Shown here: one piece after another, positions 19,574-20,000 of the stretch
How the letters are laid out: each line of letters opens with the position of its first letter
How positions within the stretch are numbered: position 1 is the first letter of the stretch
Source: Thraustochytrium aureum
Lineage: Eukaryota
Direction of reading: 5' to 3'
Length of the DNA: 20,000 nucleotides
Assembly: GCA_012862495.1 (NCBI GenBank)
Contig: BLSG01000162.1
Location: 163,877-183,876 of the forward strand
Program-made: the position numbers and the translations under genes
Notes under the pieces: generated by a model
What the model was told of the DNA's origin: nothing
Database searches by the model: none
The model's input: only the letters and a program-made list of their open reading frames with translations

Positions 19574-20000
19574 CTACGCGCCGCCAGGCTGTTGCACAAG
19601 CTTGATCATCCCTACCAGCTCGCCCGCAAACGGGTTGCCTCTGAAGGCATGCCGGTCGCGAACCACGCCGCTGAGAACCAGGACAAGGCCGCTTGTTAGC
19701 AGGAGCCACACACACATCGACAGCGCGCACATGAACAAGAAGAGATCAACCTCGACCTCCAGCCGGTGCCTTCCGAGCAAAGGCCGCGGTCTCGGCATGA
19801 AAGCAGGCCATCCAGCTCCGCCACGAACACCACATCCACGCCCATGCTTAGCGCTGTTCCGGCAATGAAAAGGTATCGGACCGGCAGCCCAGCGTCCGCC
19901 AGCACGCCCAAATACGCAACGAGTCCCTGCCCGACGAGGACCCACGCAATTTGCATCGACGAGTAGCTCAGCAGTGCGTTCCTTCGCGCCTGGCGAAACA
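19574..20000 (-). CDS. 3' part of an uncharacterised multi-pass membrane protein, 5' end outside the window, with an apparent -1 frame break near 19765
   Basis: Open from the window edge: FRQARRNALLSYSSMQIAWVLVGQGLVAYLGVLADAGLPVRYLFIAGTALSMGVDVVFVAELDGLLSCRDRGLCSEG. In a second frame it continues LEVEVDLFLFMCALSMCVWLLLTSGLVLVLSGVV...QQPGGA*. Three hydrophobic segments in total. Confidence 0.55.
   Translation of the reverse strand, partial: VSPGAKERTAELLVDANCVGPRRAGTRCVFGRAGGRWAAGPIPFHCRNSAKHGRGCGVRGGAGWPAFMPRPRPLLGRHRLEVEVDLFLFMCALSMCVWLLLTSGLVLVLSGVVRDRHAFRGNPFAGELVGMIKLVQQPGGA

Overview
GC-rich, gene-dense eukaryotic scaffold, probably from a protist. The few short GT-AG introns near gene 5' ends would fit a stramenopile such as a labyrinthulomycete, but that placement is inference only. 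Five assembly gaps are present. Recognisable genes: a LAG1/TLC ceramide synthase (+), a USP7-like MATH-domain deubiquitinase (+), an uncharacterised protein with FxP repeats (+), a monodehydroascorbate reductase with a PTS2-like N-terminus (+), GPN-loop GTPase 3 with an ATG-only first coding exon (-), an ataxin-3/Josephin deubiquitinase (-), a low-complexity protein with a possible CXXC-like zinc finger (+), and the 3' part of a multi-pass membrane protein (-). Four genes show one-base frame discontinuities: three +1 near the 5' end and one -1. Two can be rescued by plausible introns; otherwise homopolymer sequencing error is the most likely cause, with recoding a remote alternative. No prokaryotic features, CRISPR array, RNA gene or clearly identifiable mobile element were found, and I cannot support a new biological system from this window.
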